Positions 11,021 to 19,815 of a stretch of DNA of 64,000 nucleotides are shown piece by piece; positions within the stretch are counted from its first letter, which is position 1; each line of letters opens with the position of its first letter. The stretch is from Patescibacteria group bacterium (GTDB lineage Bacteria; Patescibacteriota; Minisyncoccia; Phycocordibacterales; Phycocordibacteraceae): NCBI GenBank assembly GCA_013815345.1, contig JACDGK010000001.1, positions 3,076 through 67,075 on the forward strand. Direction: 5' to 3'. Both the position numbers and the translations under genes were made by a program. Under the pieces are notes generated by a model that worked only from the letters and a program-made list of their open reading frames with translations, was not told the origin of the DNA and searched no databases.

Positions 11021-11137
11021 TTCCGAGGAGGGGCTCTCGGAGCTGGTCTGGCTTGGCCCGCCATTCTGATGGCGGCAGACCGGCGAGAGGGAGCGCGACT
11101 CTCCGCAGGAAAGAGTCGACGCGTACCCCCGCAGGAA
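11021..11137. repeat. Structured intergenic element related to 10075-10173
   Basis: GGGCTCTCGGAGC...GCGAGAGNGAGC...hairpin...GCGTACC core shared with the reverse complement of 10075-10173. Confidence 0.65.
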
Positions 11138-11157
11138 TAGGGGAAAAGATTCCTCTT

Positions 11158-11862
11158 TTAAACATCGTAAATAACATCTTTGCGCTCCACGACCACCTTC
11201 CACTCATTTTGTTTCGCATGTCGATATAAAAGTCGGTTCGGATTGAAGGCAATCGGTGTCTCGACAAGATCAAGCATCGAAATGTCACTTTCCGTATCAC
11301 CCACGCCGTAGGATCCCATGAGGGTAAGGTTTTCTTTCTCAACCGCGCGCTTCAATATAGCGCTTTTGTTCATGATCAAATGCTCATCGGTCACTACACC
11401 GGTAAAACGATCGCTGGCTCCCGTCTCATACAACGTTCCGTATGTTTTATTAAAACCAAGCTCGTACCCAAAGCCATCAACAATAAACTTTGGCGAGTGA
11501 GATACGCCGAGCAAATAGTATCCATTGCTTTTTAAATCATGAATCAGGTCCCGCGTGTAGCGATACACGCGATGTTTCTTTTGCTCGATAATCTCGCCCG
11601 CCACATCAGCAACGTCACTATAGAGCGTGCCTTTCACATGATGTGCAAACGCCTCAACAACCTTTTTAATAAATGGTCCGTATTCACCATTTCGATTCAG
11701 CCATTCAACTTGAGCCGGCTCATATACTTGACGAGCGTCAGCAGGAAATATTTCCCGCTCGATTAACGCATCAACCAACTCTATTAAAAGAGAAGCGCGG
11801 AAAACCGTTCCATCAATATCAAAAACTGCCACAGGTTGCTTTTCTGTCGGATCTTTAGTCAT
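11158..11862 (-). CDS. HAD-IB family phosphatase (SerB-like)
   Basis: FDIDGT motif I, VSHS, K, GDTESD, NP. Confidence 0.9.
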   Translation of the reverse strand: MTKDPTEKQPVAVFDIDGTVFRASLLIELVDALIEREIFPADARQVYEPAQVEWLNRNGEYGPFIKKVVEAFAHHVKGTLYSDVADVAGEIIEQKKHRVYRYTRDLIHDLKSNGYYLLGVSHSPKFIVDGFGYELGFNKTYGTLYETGASDRFTGVVTDEHLIMNKSAILKRAVEKENLTLMGSYGVGDTESDISMLDLVETPIAFNPNRLLYRHAKQNEWKVVVERKDVIYDV

Positions 11863-11947
11863 AACTCTATGGTACCTCCACATCCGCTAAAACAGAAAAC
11901 GCCCCCAGAATTTGGAAGCGTCTTTTCGAAAAAGAACTATAAAAAAT

Positions 11948-12120
11948 GAGCTTGGCCCAGTCCCAAGAAGCACAGCAGGTGGCTATAAAATGCCAGGTTT
12001 CCCTGGAATGCCCTGTGACCACGCACCTCATTAGGCTCCGGGGAGAGCGCACAAAGGTGAATACGAGCCATACCCCGTGGACTTTCTTGTCACCGCTTGA
12101 TTCAAGGAACTGGGACCTCG
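11948..12120 (-). ncRNA. Promoter-driven ~175-nt structured RNA, 6S RNA-like
   Basis: TTGCAA-17-TATAGT at 12152-12124. Closing stem GGTCCCAGTTCC/GGGACTGGGCC, internal CCACG/CGTGG and GGCTC/GAGCC stems, CCAGG-GAAA-CCTGG side hairpin, T-run after. Confidence 0.5.
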
Positions 12121-12157
12121 AAGACTATACTCCGGATAGAATATTTTTGCAAACTTT

Positions 12158-12844
12158 CTACTTAGCTTTTGGCCAGCGCTCGGCAGCAGGGGGCCAGATC
12201 TTGGTAAGGGGGTGTTCGTCACAGGCGTGCGGAAGAGCGGGACATACGTAGCGACCATATAGAACGAATCCGTTATTTACATATTTCCAATCTTCTTTTG
12301 GCATAAGTGCTTCAAGGTCTTTCGAGATTTTCGTGAGGTCAGTATTGCTCGTGAGATCGAAACGAAGCGATAAGCGTCGTACATGCGTGTCGGTCGGGAT
12401 ACCTTCCCAGATATTGTAAAGTTCACCGAGTATGACGTGTGAAGATTTGTACGCAACACCGGGCAAGCGAATCAATTCCTCAAGCGTTTTAGGAATCTCG
12501 CCCCCAAACTCATCTTGAACGAGTTTTCCGGCGGCAATGACATTCTTTGCTTTCGCTGCAGGAAATGTTATCGAAGAAATCTCACGTACAAACATATCAA
12601 AATCAGCATTCGCAAAGTCACGTGCGGTTCGATATTTCTTATACAATGTGTCGGTAACATGATTTACTTTCTTATCCGTGCACTGTGCAGAAAGCATTAC
12701 TGCGGCCACGAGTTGGAAAGGTGTTTCGTAGGTGAGCTCGGTAACCGGCGTAGGGTAGGTTTTTTTAAGATACGCAAGAATAAGTCGTGCGCGCTGCACG
12801 CGTTCTTCAGTCGTTGAGAGGACAGGAAGCAGCAATGCGCTCAT
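12158..12844 (-). CDS. nth: Endonuclease III (Fe-S motif degenerate)
   Basis: PFQLVAAVMLSAQCTDKKVN, LPGVAYK, DTHVRR; only 2 of the 4 C-terminal Cys are present. Confidence 0.92.
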   Translation of the reverse strand: MSALLLPVLSTTEERVQRARLILAYLKKTYPTPVTELTYETPFQLVAAVMLSAQCTDKKVNHVTDTLYKKYRTARDFANADFDMFVREISSITFPAAKAKNVIAAGKLVQDEFGGEIPKTLEELIRLPGVAYKSSHVILGELYNIWEGIPTDTHVRRLSLRFDLTSNTDLTKISKDLEALMPKEDWKYVNNGFVLYGRYVCPALPHACDEHPLTKIWPPAAERWPKAK

Positions 12845-12866
12845 AGTACTTTGACTTTAGATGCAA

Positions 12867-14054
12867 TTAAAATTCAGAAAGATCCCGCGAGTATTTCCGG
12901 AATGCAAATTGATAGAGAAGCGAGAGCAATACCCCGCCTGCGGTAGCACCCAAGACTATCTCAACAACCGACCCAATCACAGGAACAAGACCGATGAGGT
13001 AGAGCACTAGGACTCCCAGAATTGCGGTGCGCCACGAAACGTTTCTTTTTTTACGCAACGCTCGCATGAGCGCTGCCCCAGCGAGCACGGCAGCATACAC
13101 ATACGAAAGAAGGAGGAAAAGAATATATGCGGCGCCGATGATAAAGGCTATACCGATCCCCACGAACGAAACGATGAGGAAAAGGAATAAGACCGGTACG
13201 GCAACAAATGCCGCAAATCCAAGCAAAGTCATGAGAATAAATCGTTCAGGGGTGCGGGTGAGCGCTGCCTCTACCACCCGATCAGTAAGCAACGGAAAGA
13301 GTCCCGCAATGAGCCCTACCGCGACAAGTGCTGCAGTAATACGAACAAGAACAAATACCCAAAATCCGGCGAGGGCAAATGTCTTCGCCTGCTGTGCCGT
13401 TGGAAGGTAGGGTTCTGCGCCGATGTAGGTTACTCCTTTATCTACCATCGCTGAAGCAGCTATATCCGCCTGTGCCGGTGCGTTATATTTTAATGCACCA
13501 TGGATGATTGTTCCTGGACCCACTGACACACGATCCGATGCGACCACTTGCACGTCGCCATTGAATTCACCCGAGAGAGATACGGTGGCACCATAAATAG
13601 TTACGGGACCGTTCGAGCCGTTGGTCATTTGCACCGTGCCTCCTCCAATGTATGTGTTCTTTGCTTTTCCCGATACATTTACGATGCCTCCTGCTGCCAT
13701 AAAGTCGCCGTTGACCGTGTCCTCAAGATTTATACGGCCACCAATAACCCGCACGTCTCCTGCTATGGGTTTATGAATATCAATAGTTCCGCCAGCAAGC
13801 AGTGCGTCGCCTTGTATCGGTGCGGAAAGAGTAAGCGTACCGCCGATGGCGCTCAAATCTGCTAACAGAGGAACGTTTATCGTCACTTGACCGCCGGCAT
13901 AGTACGCGTTATTCGGAGTTGATGAGGAAACCTCGATGACGCGGGCACCTTCTACTGTTTGAGCCTGAGAAAGCTCCGGAATAACGAACATGAGCAGGGC
14001 AAATGTACCTACTAAAACGACGCGGGCACTGAGGATTATCGTCTGAGGCTTCAT
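12867..14054 (-). CDS. Membrane protein with bactofilin/polymer-forming-like Gly repeats and C-terminal TM bundle
   Basis: Signal peptide, repeated (A/I)GG-x-(V/I)...GD units, multiple TMs. Confidence 0.75.
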   Translation of the reverse strand: MKPQTIILSARVVLVGTFALLMFVIPELSQAQTVEGARVIEVSSSTPNNAYYAGGQVTINVPLLADLSAIGGTLTLSAPIQGDALLAGGTIDIHKPIAGDVRVIGGRINLEDTVNGDFMAAGGIVNVSGKAKNTYIGGGTVQMTNGSNGPVTIYGATVSLSGEFNGDVQVVASDRVSVGPGTIIHGALKYNAPAQADIAASAMVDKGVTYIGAEPYLPTAQQAKTFALAGFWVFVLVRITAALVAVGLIAGLFPLLTDRVVEAALTRTPERFILMTLLGFAAFVAVPVLFLFLIVSFVGIGIAFIIGAAYILFLLLSYVYAAVLAGAALMRALRKKRNVSWRTAILGVLVLYLIGLVPVIGSVVEIVLGATAGGVLLSLLYQFAFRKYSRDLSEF

Positions 14055-14156
14055 ATGCCGTATGGTATCACGCAGCCAGAACCCTCACTACCGATACGAG
14101 CATTGTAACCGTTACCATGTATGGTATACTTTACATATATCTAATCGATACTATCT

Positions 14157-14576
14157 ATGCCAAACGTTGAAAAAACAGAAGAAGAGTGGAAGAAGGAACT
14201 CACCCCCGAAGAATACCGCGTGCTTCGTGAGAGCGGCACCGAAGCTCCTTGGAAAGGTGCATTCGTCGACAATCACGAAACAGGGATGTATAGCTGCAAA
14301 GCGTGTGGCGCAAATCTTTTTTCTTCTGACACAAAGTTTGACTCTAAGAGCGGCTGGCCTTCCTTTACCGATGCCGCAGTTGCTGAAAACGTCGGCACTC
14401 GGTCAGATGATGCGCTCGGTATGCATCGCACCGAAGTCTTTTGTAAGAACTGTGGCGGCCATCTTGGGCATCTTTTTGATGACGGGCCCGTGGAAGCAGG
14501 CGGCAAACGTTACTGCATAAACTCCGTCTCTCTTGCATTTGAAAAAGAAGGTGAGCAAAAGACCGATGCTTCATAA
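14157..14576 (+). CDS. msrB: Methionine-R-sulfoxide reductase
   Basis: GTEAP, two CxxC, SGWPSF, HLGHLFDDGP, RYCINS. Confidence 0.97.
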   Translation: MPNVEKTEEEWKKELTPEEYRVLRESGTEAPWKGAFVDNHETGMYSCKACGANLFSSDTKFDSKSGWPSFTDAAVAENVGTRSDDALGMHRTEVFCKNCGGHLGHLFDDGPVEAGGKRYCINSVSLAFEKEGEQKTDAS

Positions 14577-14579
14577 AGT

Positions 14580-15134
14580 ATGAATGATTCTCAAAAACAA
14601 ACGGCTGTATTTGGTGGTGGATGTTTCTGGTGCACCGATGCAGTATTTAAAATGCTTAAGGGCGTTGAATCCATAACATCAGGCTACGCAGGCGGCACGA
14701 CCGAAAATCCTACCTATCGTGAGGTGGGCGGTGGGCGGACGGGTCATGCGGAAGTTATTAGTATAGATTTCGACTCCTCACAGATTTCTTTCCGCGATCT
14801 CATGACCGTGTTTTTCGCGACGCATGACGCAACGCAATTAAACCGACAAGGTGCAGATGTCGGTACCCAGTATCGTTCAATCATTTTATACACGAACGAA
14901 GAGCAAAAGACCGAAGCCGAAGCCTTTATAAAGGAGCTCAATAATTCAACTGGTGAGGGTGATCCCGTGGTGACGGAAGTCGCACCACTGACGAAATTCT
15001 ATTCGGCGGAAGACTATCATCAAGACTATTTCACTCAGAATCCTAACCAGAGCTATTGTCAGATTGTCATCGCTCCAAAGCTCCAGCATGCTCAGAAAGA
15101 ATTTGCAGCCCTCCTGAAAACACAAAGCAGCTAG
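14580..15134 (+). CDS. msrA: Methionine-S-sulfoxide reductase
   Basis: GGGCFWC, GYAGG, GHAE, GTQYRS, AEDYHQ. Confidence 0.97.
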   Translation: MNDSQKQTAVFGGGCFWCTDAVFKMLKGVESITSGYAGGTTENPTYREVGGGRTGHAEVISIDFDSSQISFRDLMTVFFATHDATQLNRQGADVGTQYRSIILYTNEEQKTEAEAFIKELNNSTGEGDPVVTEVAPLTKFYSAEDYHQDYFTQNPNQSYCQIVIAPKLQHAQKEFAALLKTQSS

Positions 15135-15206
15135 GCGTTCCACCTAGCTGCTTTGTGTAAATTTTTCCCGTTCGTTTTTATCGTCACGTTAGCCCATTCG
15201 ACGATT

Positions 15207-15416
15207 TTACTCTGCAGGTGTCGCGTCCCATTTCTTTTTAAATTCATCTCCCCATTTATTCGGATCTTCAGCGTGCATCTCTTCCATCTTCTTTGCCGTA
15301 TCTGGATGATTTTCCATAACATGCGCGGTCATTTTTTTAACCATCTCCTCAGAAGTCTCCGCCGTCATTGCTGCGTCACATTCACCTCCGAGCTCCTTGC
15401 AGGTCATTGTTTTCAT
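15207..15416 (-). CDS. DUF1059-like small metal-binding protein
   Basis: MKTMTCKELGGEC...HVMENH pattern. Confidence 0.8.
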   Translation of the reverse strand: MKTMTCKELGGECDAAMTAETSEEMVKKMTAHVMENHPDTAKKMEEMHAEDPNKWGDEFKKKWDATPAE

Positions 15417-15512
15417 AGGGTTATATATGTAAGTGAATAATGTATCAGTATTAAAGATCGCATATGAAGCATGCATGAGCAGTATCGATAGGCATTTTTA
15501 AAGCGCTATTAT

Positions 15513-16241
15513 TTATGGAATAAGTCGTTTGACTTCTTTTATGAGCTTTTCTGTAGGAATATCTTCTCTGCTGCGTGGGCGCGAAAATGAAATAGGAACC
15601 TTATGAGAAATCGTCCCCCCAGAAAAAACAAGTATCTCATCCGCAAGAAGCACTGCATCCTCGATACTATGCGAGACCATGAGCATGGTGATATTTCGAT
15701 CGGCGAATATTTGCAGTAGTTCTCGTGAGAGATGTTCAGTTGTTTCGACGTCGAGTGCAGAAAAAGGTTCGTCGAGTAAGAGAAGTTCTGGGTCAGATAC
15801 GAGCGCACGAGCAATACCGACCCGCTGTCTTTGTCCGCCTGAAAGATCCCGAGGATACACGTGTGCAAAGTCCGTGAGGCCGAGGTTTGTGAGCTCCTCA
15901 TGAACACGTTTCGCGTGTTCATGCTTTGTGCCCGGTGTATCACTAAACCCTAAATGCACATTCTGTTGTACGGTACGCCAGGGCAAGAGTGCGCCATTCT
16001 GGAAGATCATACGCGTGCGCGCGGTATTCGTAACGGTTCCTTTTAGCGGTTTCTCCAGACCCACACTAAGGCGCAAAAGTGTCGATTTACCGCCCCCCGA
16101 GGGCCCAACAATAGCGGTAAAAGAGCGAGGGGCGAGTGTAAATGAGACCTCATGCATCACCACCGGTAGATGCGGTTCATAGGCAAAAAAAACATGATCA
16201 AAGGAGAGTACGAATTTTGAGGGGTCAGCAGCCATATTCAT
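15513..16241 (-). CDS. NitT/TauT-family ABC ATP-binding protein
   Basis: GPSGGGKST, LLPWRTV, LSGGQRQR, LLLDEPFSALD; TAATG coupling with the permease. Confidence 0.92.
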   Translation of the reverse strand: MNMAADPSKFVLSFDHVFFAYEPHLPVVMHEVSFTLAPRSFTAIVGPSGGGKSTLLRLSVGLEKPLKGTVTNTARTRMIFQNGALLPWRTVQQNVHLGFSDTPGTKHEHAKRVHEELTNLGLTDFAHVYPRDLSGGQRQRVGIARALVSDPELLLLDEPFSALDVETTEHLSRELLQIFADRNITMLMVSHSIEDAVLLADEILVFSGGTISHKVPISFSRPRSREDIPTEKLIKEVKRLIP

Positions 16242-17056
16242 TACTCAAACTTATAACGTTCTGCACGGGCAAGAAGCGGCTGCCAGAGGAACAGATTGAT
16301 CGCAGTGATGGCAGCTATGAGTATTGTAATAGCGGCAAGAAGCGCGCCATTGTCCCCTGCCGAGGCAGCCGTCACGAGGATGCTGCCAATACCGAAAAGA
16401 TCAGACGCGTGGGAAGACTGGGGCGCATACGCGTGAAGAGCTTCAGCAACGATAAGAATGTTCCATCCTGCCGCAAGCGCGAGGATTGAACCAGTCACAA
16501 GTGGCGGAAAAAGTGCGGGAAGAGTAATTTTCGTAAAGCGTTCCCACTTCGATAAACCGAAAACATAGCCGACTGCTTTTACATCTCGGGGAATAGTTTT
16601 TAATCCTCCGATAGCATTGAAAACAATGCTCCAGATCATCGTGAAGAAGAGCATAAAGATCGCTGCTCCTTCGAGAAATCCTGAACGCACGAAAAAAATA
16701 ATAATGACGGGAAAGAATGCCAGTATAGGAATTGACTCGAGTACGTCATAGATAGGAAGCAGAATGCTTTCCACGGTGCGACTTTTCTCGACGAGGAGCG
16801 CAAGAAGCACCGCAAAAATAAGTGAAAACGTGTAAGCAACCAATAGTCGTAAAAGGGATGAACCTAGCGCGAGAAGCAATATGCCGAATTGCAGTTTGTA
16901 GGGCAACGGAATAAATAATGCGCCGGTAGCAAAGAATGAGGCAAGAACAATGAGAAAGAGCGGCAGTATGATTCCACTTCCAAGTCTTCGAAGAAGTGTG
17001 GTCGGGTGCTTGCGACGTCCGCGATGGCTATAGTAGTGCAAACGCGTCTTTCGCAT
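16241..17056 (-). CDS. NitT/TauT-family ABC permease
   Basis: SIPILAFFP, TLPALFP, WNILIVAE, multiple TMs. Confidence 0.9.
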   Translation of the reverse strand: MRKTRLHYYSHRGRRKHPTTLLRRLGSGIILPLFLIVLASFFATGALFIPLPYKLQFGILLLALGSSLLRLLVAYTFSLIFAVLLALLVEKSRTVESILLPIYDVLESIPILAFFPVIIIFFVRSGFLEGAAIFMLFFTMIWSIVFNAIGGLKTIPRDVKAVGYVFGLSKWERFTKITLPALFPPLVTGSILALAAGWNILIVAEALHAYAPQSSHASDLFGIGSILVTAASAGDNGALLAAITILIAAITAINLFLWQPLLARAERYKFE

Positions 17057-17112
17057 AGATAGTTCTATTCTAGCATCACACTCTAGTCACCTGCCGTAAC
17101 CTTGAAAGTAGC

Positions 17113-17604
17113 TTAGAGACTGTCTTGAGATTGTCGCGGGCTGCGGAATTGCCAAATGTTTTGCAGTACAAAGAGAACGATAGATAGCGCGCCAAGCGTA
17201 TTCACGAGAAGAAGCGCTTTTGCATATGCATTCAGAGGAAGATACAAAGGATTGAGCGCAAAAATCATGATGCTATTAAGCAAAAGACTTGGCGGATCGA
17301 GCACGAGACCTTGAAAACTTCCCGGCATGGCGACCGAAAAGTACCAGTATTGAAAAGCAAAGAAAACTATGAACTCGGTAATAACGGCAGAGAGGAGAAA
17401 AAGCATGTGGTCAGCATTGCGCACCTCTCGTATCACCTCGGTCGAAATGATCACAATGCCAAGCGCTCCTCCGAGAGAAAAGAATACGATAACGCCTGCA
17501 GTAAATGGAGAGTTTCCGAAAAGGAAAAGTATACCGGCTTCGACGACAACGAGCAACGCAATACCTACTATCGAGTGCATTAGATTAAATCGTTTTCGCT
17601 TCAT
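17113..17604 (-). CDS. Hypothetical membrane protein
   Basis: Several hydrophobic helices; co-oriented in the operon. Confidence 0.7.
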   Translation of the reverse strand: MKRKRFNLMHSIVGIALLVVVEAGILFLFGNSPFTAGVIVFFSLGGALGIVIISTEVIREVRNADHMLFLLSAVITEFIVFFAFQYWYFSVAMPGSFQGLVLDPPSLLLNSIMIFALNPLYLPLNAYAKALLLVNTLGALSIVLFVLQNIWQFRSPRQSQDSL

Positions 17605-17611
17605 AGGATAA

Positions 17612-17992
17612 TTAAAGTGCTGCGAAAATATCGACCATGTAACCATCAGGGTCAGCAATGATCGCGTAGCGCTGTCCCCAAAACGCGTCCCACGGTTCTT
17701 TGATGATGGTGAATCCTTTCTCCGCTATCTTTTTTGTCACCGCATCTACTTCGCTCGGACTGTCGCATTTGAGAGCAAACGAAGAGTGGTTCGCTGGTAG
17801 TGGGTCCTTACCCGTAATACTTTTGATGAGTTCATGATCATCGATCATTAAACGAACAGATCCCGTCTCGGTTATTGGCTCAAGATGCTTTTCCTCTGCA
17901 TCAAAGTCAGGAAACGTGAATCCGAGGAGAGAATAAAATTCAGCACTTTTCTTTAAATCCTTACTGGTAACTGCGACCGCGTCGAGTTTCAT
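17612..17992 (-). CDS. VOC/glyoxalase family protein
   Basis: DLKKSAEFYSLLGF, PWDAFWGQRYAIIADPDG. Confidence 0.92.
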   Translation of the reverse strand: MKLDAVAVTSKDLKKSAEFYSLLGFTFPDFDAEEKHLEPITETGSVRLMIDDHELIKSITGKDPLPANHSSFALKCDSPSEVDAVTKKIAEKGFTIIKEPWDAFWGQRYAIIADPDGYMVDIFAAL

Positions 17993-18024
17993 AAAACTAT
18001 TGTATACCACAACAAACAAGCATT

Positions 18025-19815
18025 CTAGCTCGAGCGTTTGCCATGCAGGAGAAGCTCGACGGCATGTTCCATAGAGCCTGCGGGAGTGAGCGTGCCACCA
18101 TTTACGAAGAAAATCTCGTCGGCATTTTGGATAGTGTTGAGACGGTGCGCGATGATGACTTTCGTGGTTGAAGCCGGCAACTGGTCAAGAATTTCTTCGA
18201 GAAGCTGTTCGGTGACCGTATCGATGTTTGCTGTTGCCTCGTCAAGGATAAGAATCTCCGGGTCACGAAGTGCCGCACCCATGAAGGCGATTAGCTGTTT
18301 CTGGCCGAGCGAAAGCGCGTCGCCGCTCGCGGCGACTTTTGTGGCGAGACCCTCTTCGAAACGAGAGACGAGCTTCGTGAGATGCGCTTCTTCTATGACT
18401 TTTGTAAGCTGTTCATCTGAGCAGTCAGTATAGGCTGCGTTTCCATACACGATGTTGTCACGCACCGTGCCACTAAAAAGGAATGGTTCTTGGAGAATGA
18501 ACCCAATCTTCTGCACGCGATCAGAAGGTTCGTACGAACGTACATCCTTTCCATCAAGAAATATGGTGCCGCTGGTCGGGTCATAGAGACGTGCCATGAG
18601 CGAAGCGGTCGTGGTTTTTCCGCCGCCCGTCGGCCCGACTAGTGCATACGTCTTCCCTCTTTCGAGAGTGAAACTAACATTGTTCAGCACGGTCTGCCCA
18701 CCAGGGTATCCAAAGGAGACATCTTTGAATGCAAGTACCGCATTTTCATCGCTCGTTTCGCCTTCGGGAATCACTTGCATATTGGACTGTAGCGCAAGCA
18801 CATCCTGAATACGGTCGAGCGAGGCGAGTGCGAGTTGAAGCGAAGACCATACGGCCGCTAATTGACGAAGAGGATTGTAGAAATTGTTGACATACAATAT
18901 ATAGCCGATAAGGAGACCGACCGTTAAGTGTCCGCTGAGAATGAGGTACAGGCCAAAGGCAAGCACAATGAGCTGACCCAGATTGCTCGCGAGTCCATAA
19001 AGTGGTGTGAAAAGATTCGAAGCAATCCCCGCCTCTATTGAGGCCTTGTAATTCGCTTGGTTTGCTCCGTCAAATTTCTCACGAAAATAATCGAGACGAT
19101 TGAATGCAACAATGACTTTAAAATTATTCAGACTTTCTTGAATCTCTGCACTCATCGCTCCGAGACTTTGCAATCCGGCACGACTTTTCCTTTTTACCCA
19201 GCCAGAAATGAACTGCGTGATGACAAGGACAAGGAGTGCAGGAATAAGTGCGGCAAGACCGAGTTTAAAATTAAGCGCGAGCAAGAAAATACCGGCTCCG
19301 CCGATCAGAAATGCGCTTCCCGCAAACTGCACAAGTGCCTGAGCAAAGAATTGATTTAATTTGTCCGTATCGCTGTTGATTCGGGAAATAAGATCACCCG
19401 TTTTATTTTGATTAAAGAATGCAATTGGAAGCTCTTGGAGCTTCGTGAAAAGCTCGTTGCGCATCTTGAAAAGCACACTGCGGCCCACGAGTCCCATTCG
19501 CTTCGTTTGAAAATAGGCTGCAAATAATCCAACCACATATACGACAAGAAGAAGGAGCGAGAAGATCAGAATACCATCAAAGTTTCCATGCGTAATATAT
19601 ACATCCACTACATGTGCGATGATGACCGGCGCAAGCAACGTCGAAAGCGCGTTTATAACGATAGCAACAAGCGCAATGGTGAGATTCCCTCTTTGATCAC
19701 TCAGCAACGGTGCGAGGCTTTGATATGCCCGTACAAATGTACCTTTTCCCTTCCCTTTTGAGTCGGTTGGGAGTACGTAGCTTACTATTTCATTTTTTGA
19801 TGAGGATTTATTCAT
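18025..19815 (-). CDS. ABC exporter half-transporter (consensus ATPase site)
   Basis: TMD plus GPTGGGKTT, LSLGQKQ, LILDEAT, IAHRL. Confidence 0.93.
   Translation of the reverse strand: MNKSSSKNEIVSYVLPTDSKGKGKGTFVRAYQSLAPLLSDQRGNLTIALVAIVINALSTLLAPVIIAHVVDVYITHGNFDGILIFSLLLLVVYVVGLFAAYFQTKRMGLVGRSVLFKMRNELFTKLQELPIAFFNQNKTGDLISRINSDTDKLNQFFAQALVQFAGSAFLIGGAGIFLLALNFKLGLAALIPALLVLVITQFISGWVKRKSRAGLQSLGAMSAEIQESLNNFKVIVAFNRLDYFREKFDGANQANYKASIEAGIASNLFTPLYGLASNLGQLIVLAFGLYLILSGHLTVGLLIGYILYVNNFYNPLRQLAAVWSSLQLALASLDRIQDVLALQSNMQVIPEGETSDENAVLAFKDVSFGYPGGQTVLNNVSFTLERGKTYALVGPTGGGKTTTASLMARLYDPTSGTIFLDGKDVRSYEPSDRVQKIGFILQEPFLFSGTVRDNIVYGNAAYTDCSDEQLTKVIEEAHLTKLVSRFEEGLATKVAASGDALSLGQKQLIAFMGAALRDPEILILDEATANIDTVTEQLLEEILDQLPASTTKVIIAHRLNTIQNADEIFFVNGGTLTPAGSMEHAVELLLHGKRSS

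Noticed and set aside
11020-11064. N-terminal extension of MutY in the ORF track
   Set aside because: It is read-through of the structured repeat; ATG 11019 fits better.
12020-12095. RNase P RNA, suggested by GAAAGTCC on the minus strand
   Set aside because: Too short, with no matching 3' P4 strand (ACA.AA...GGCTTA).
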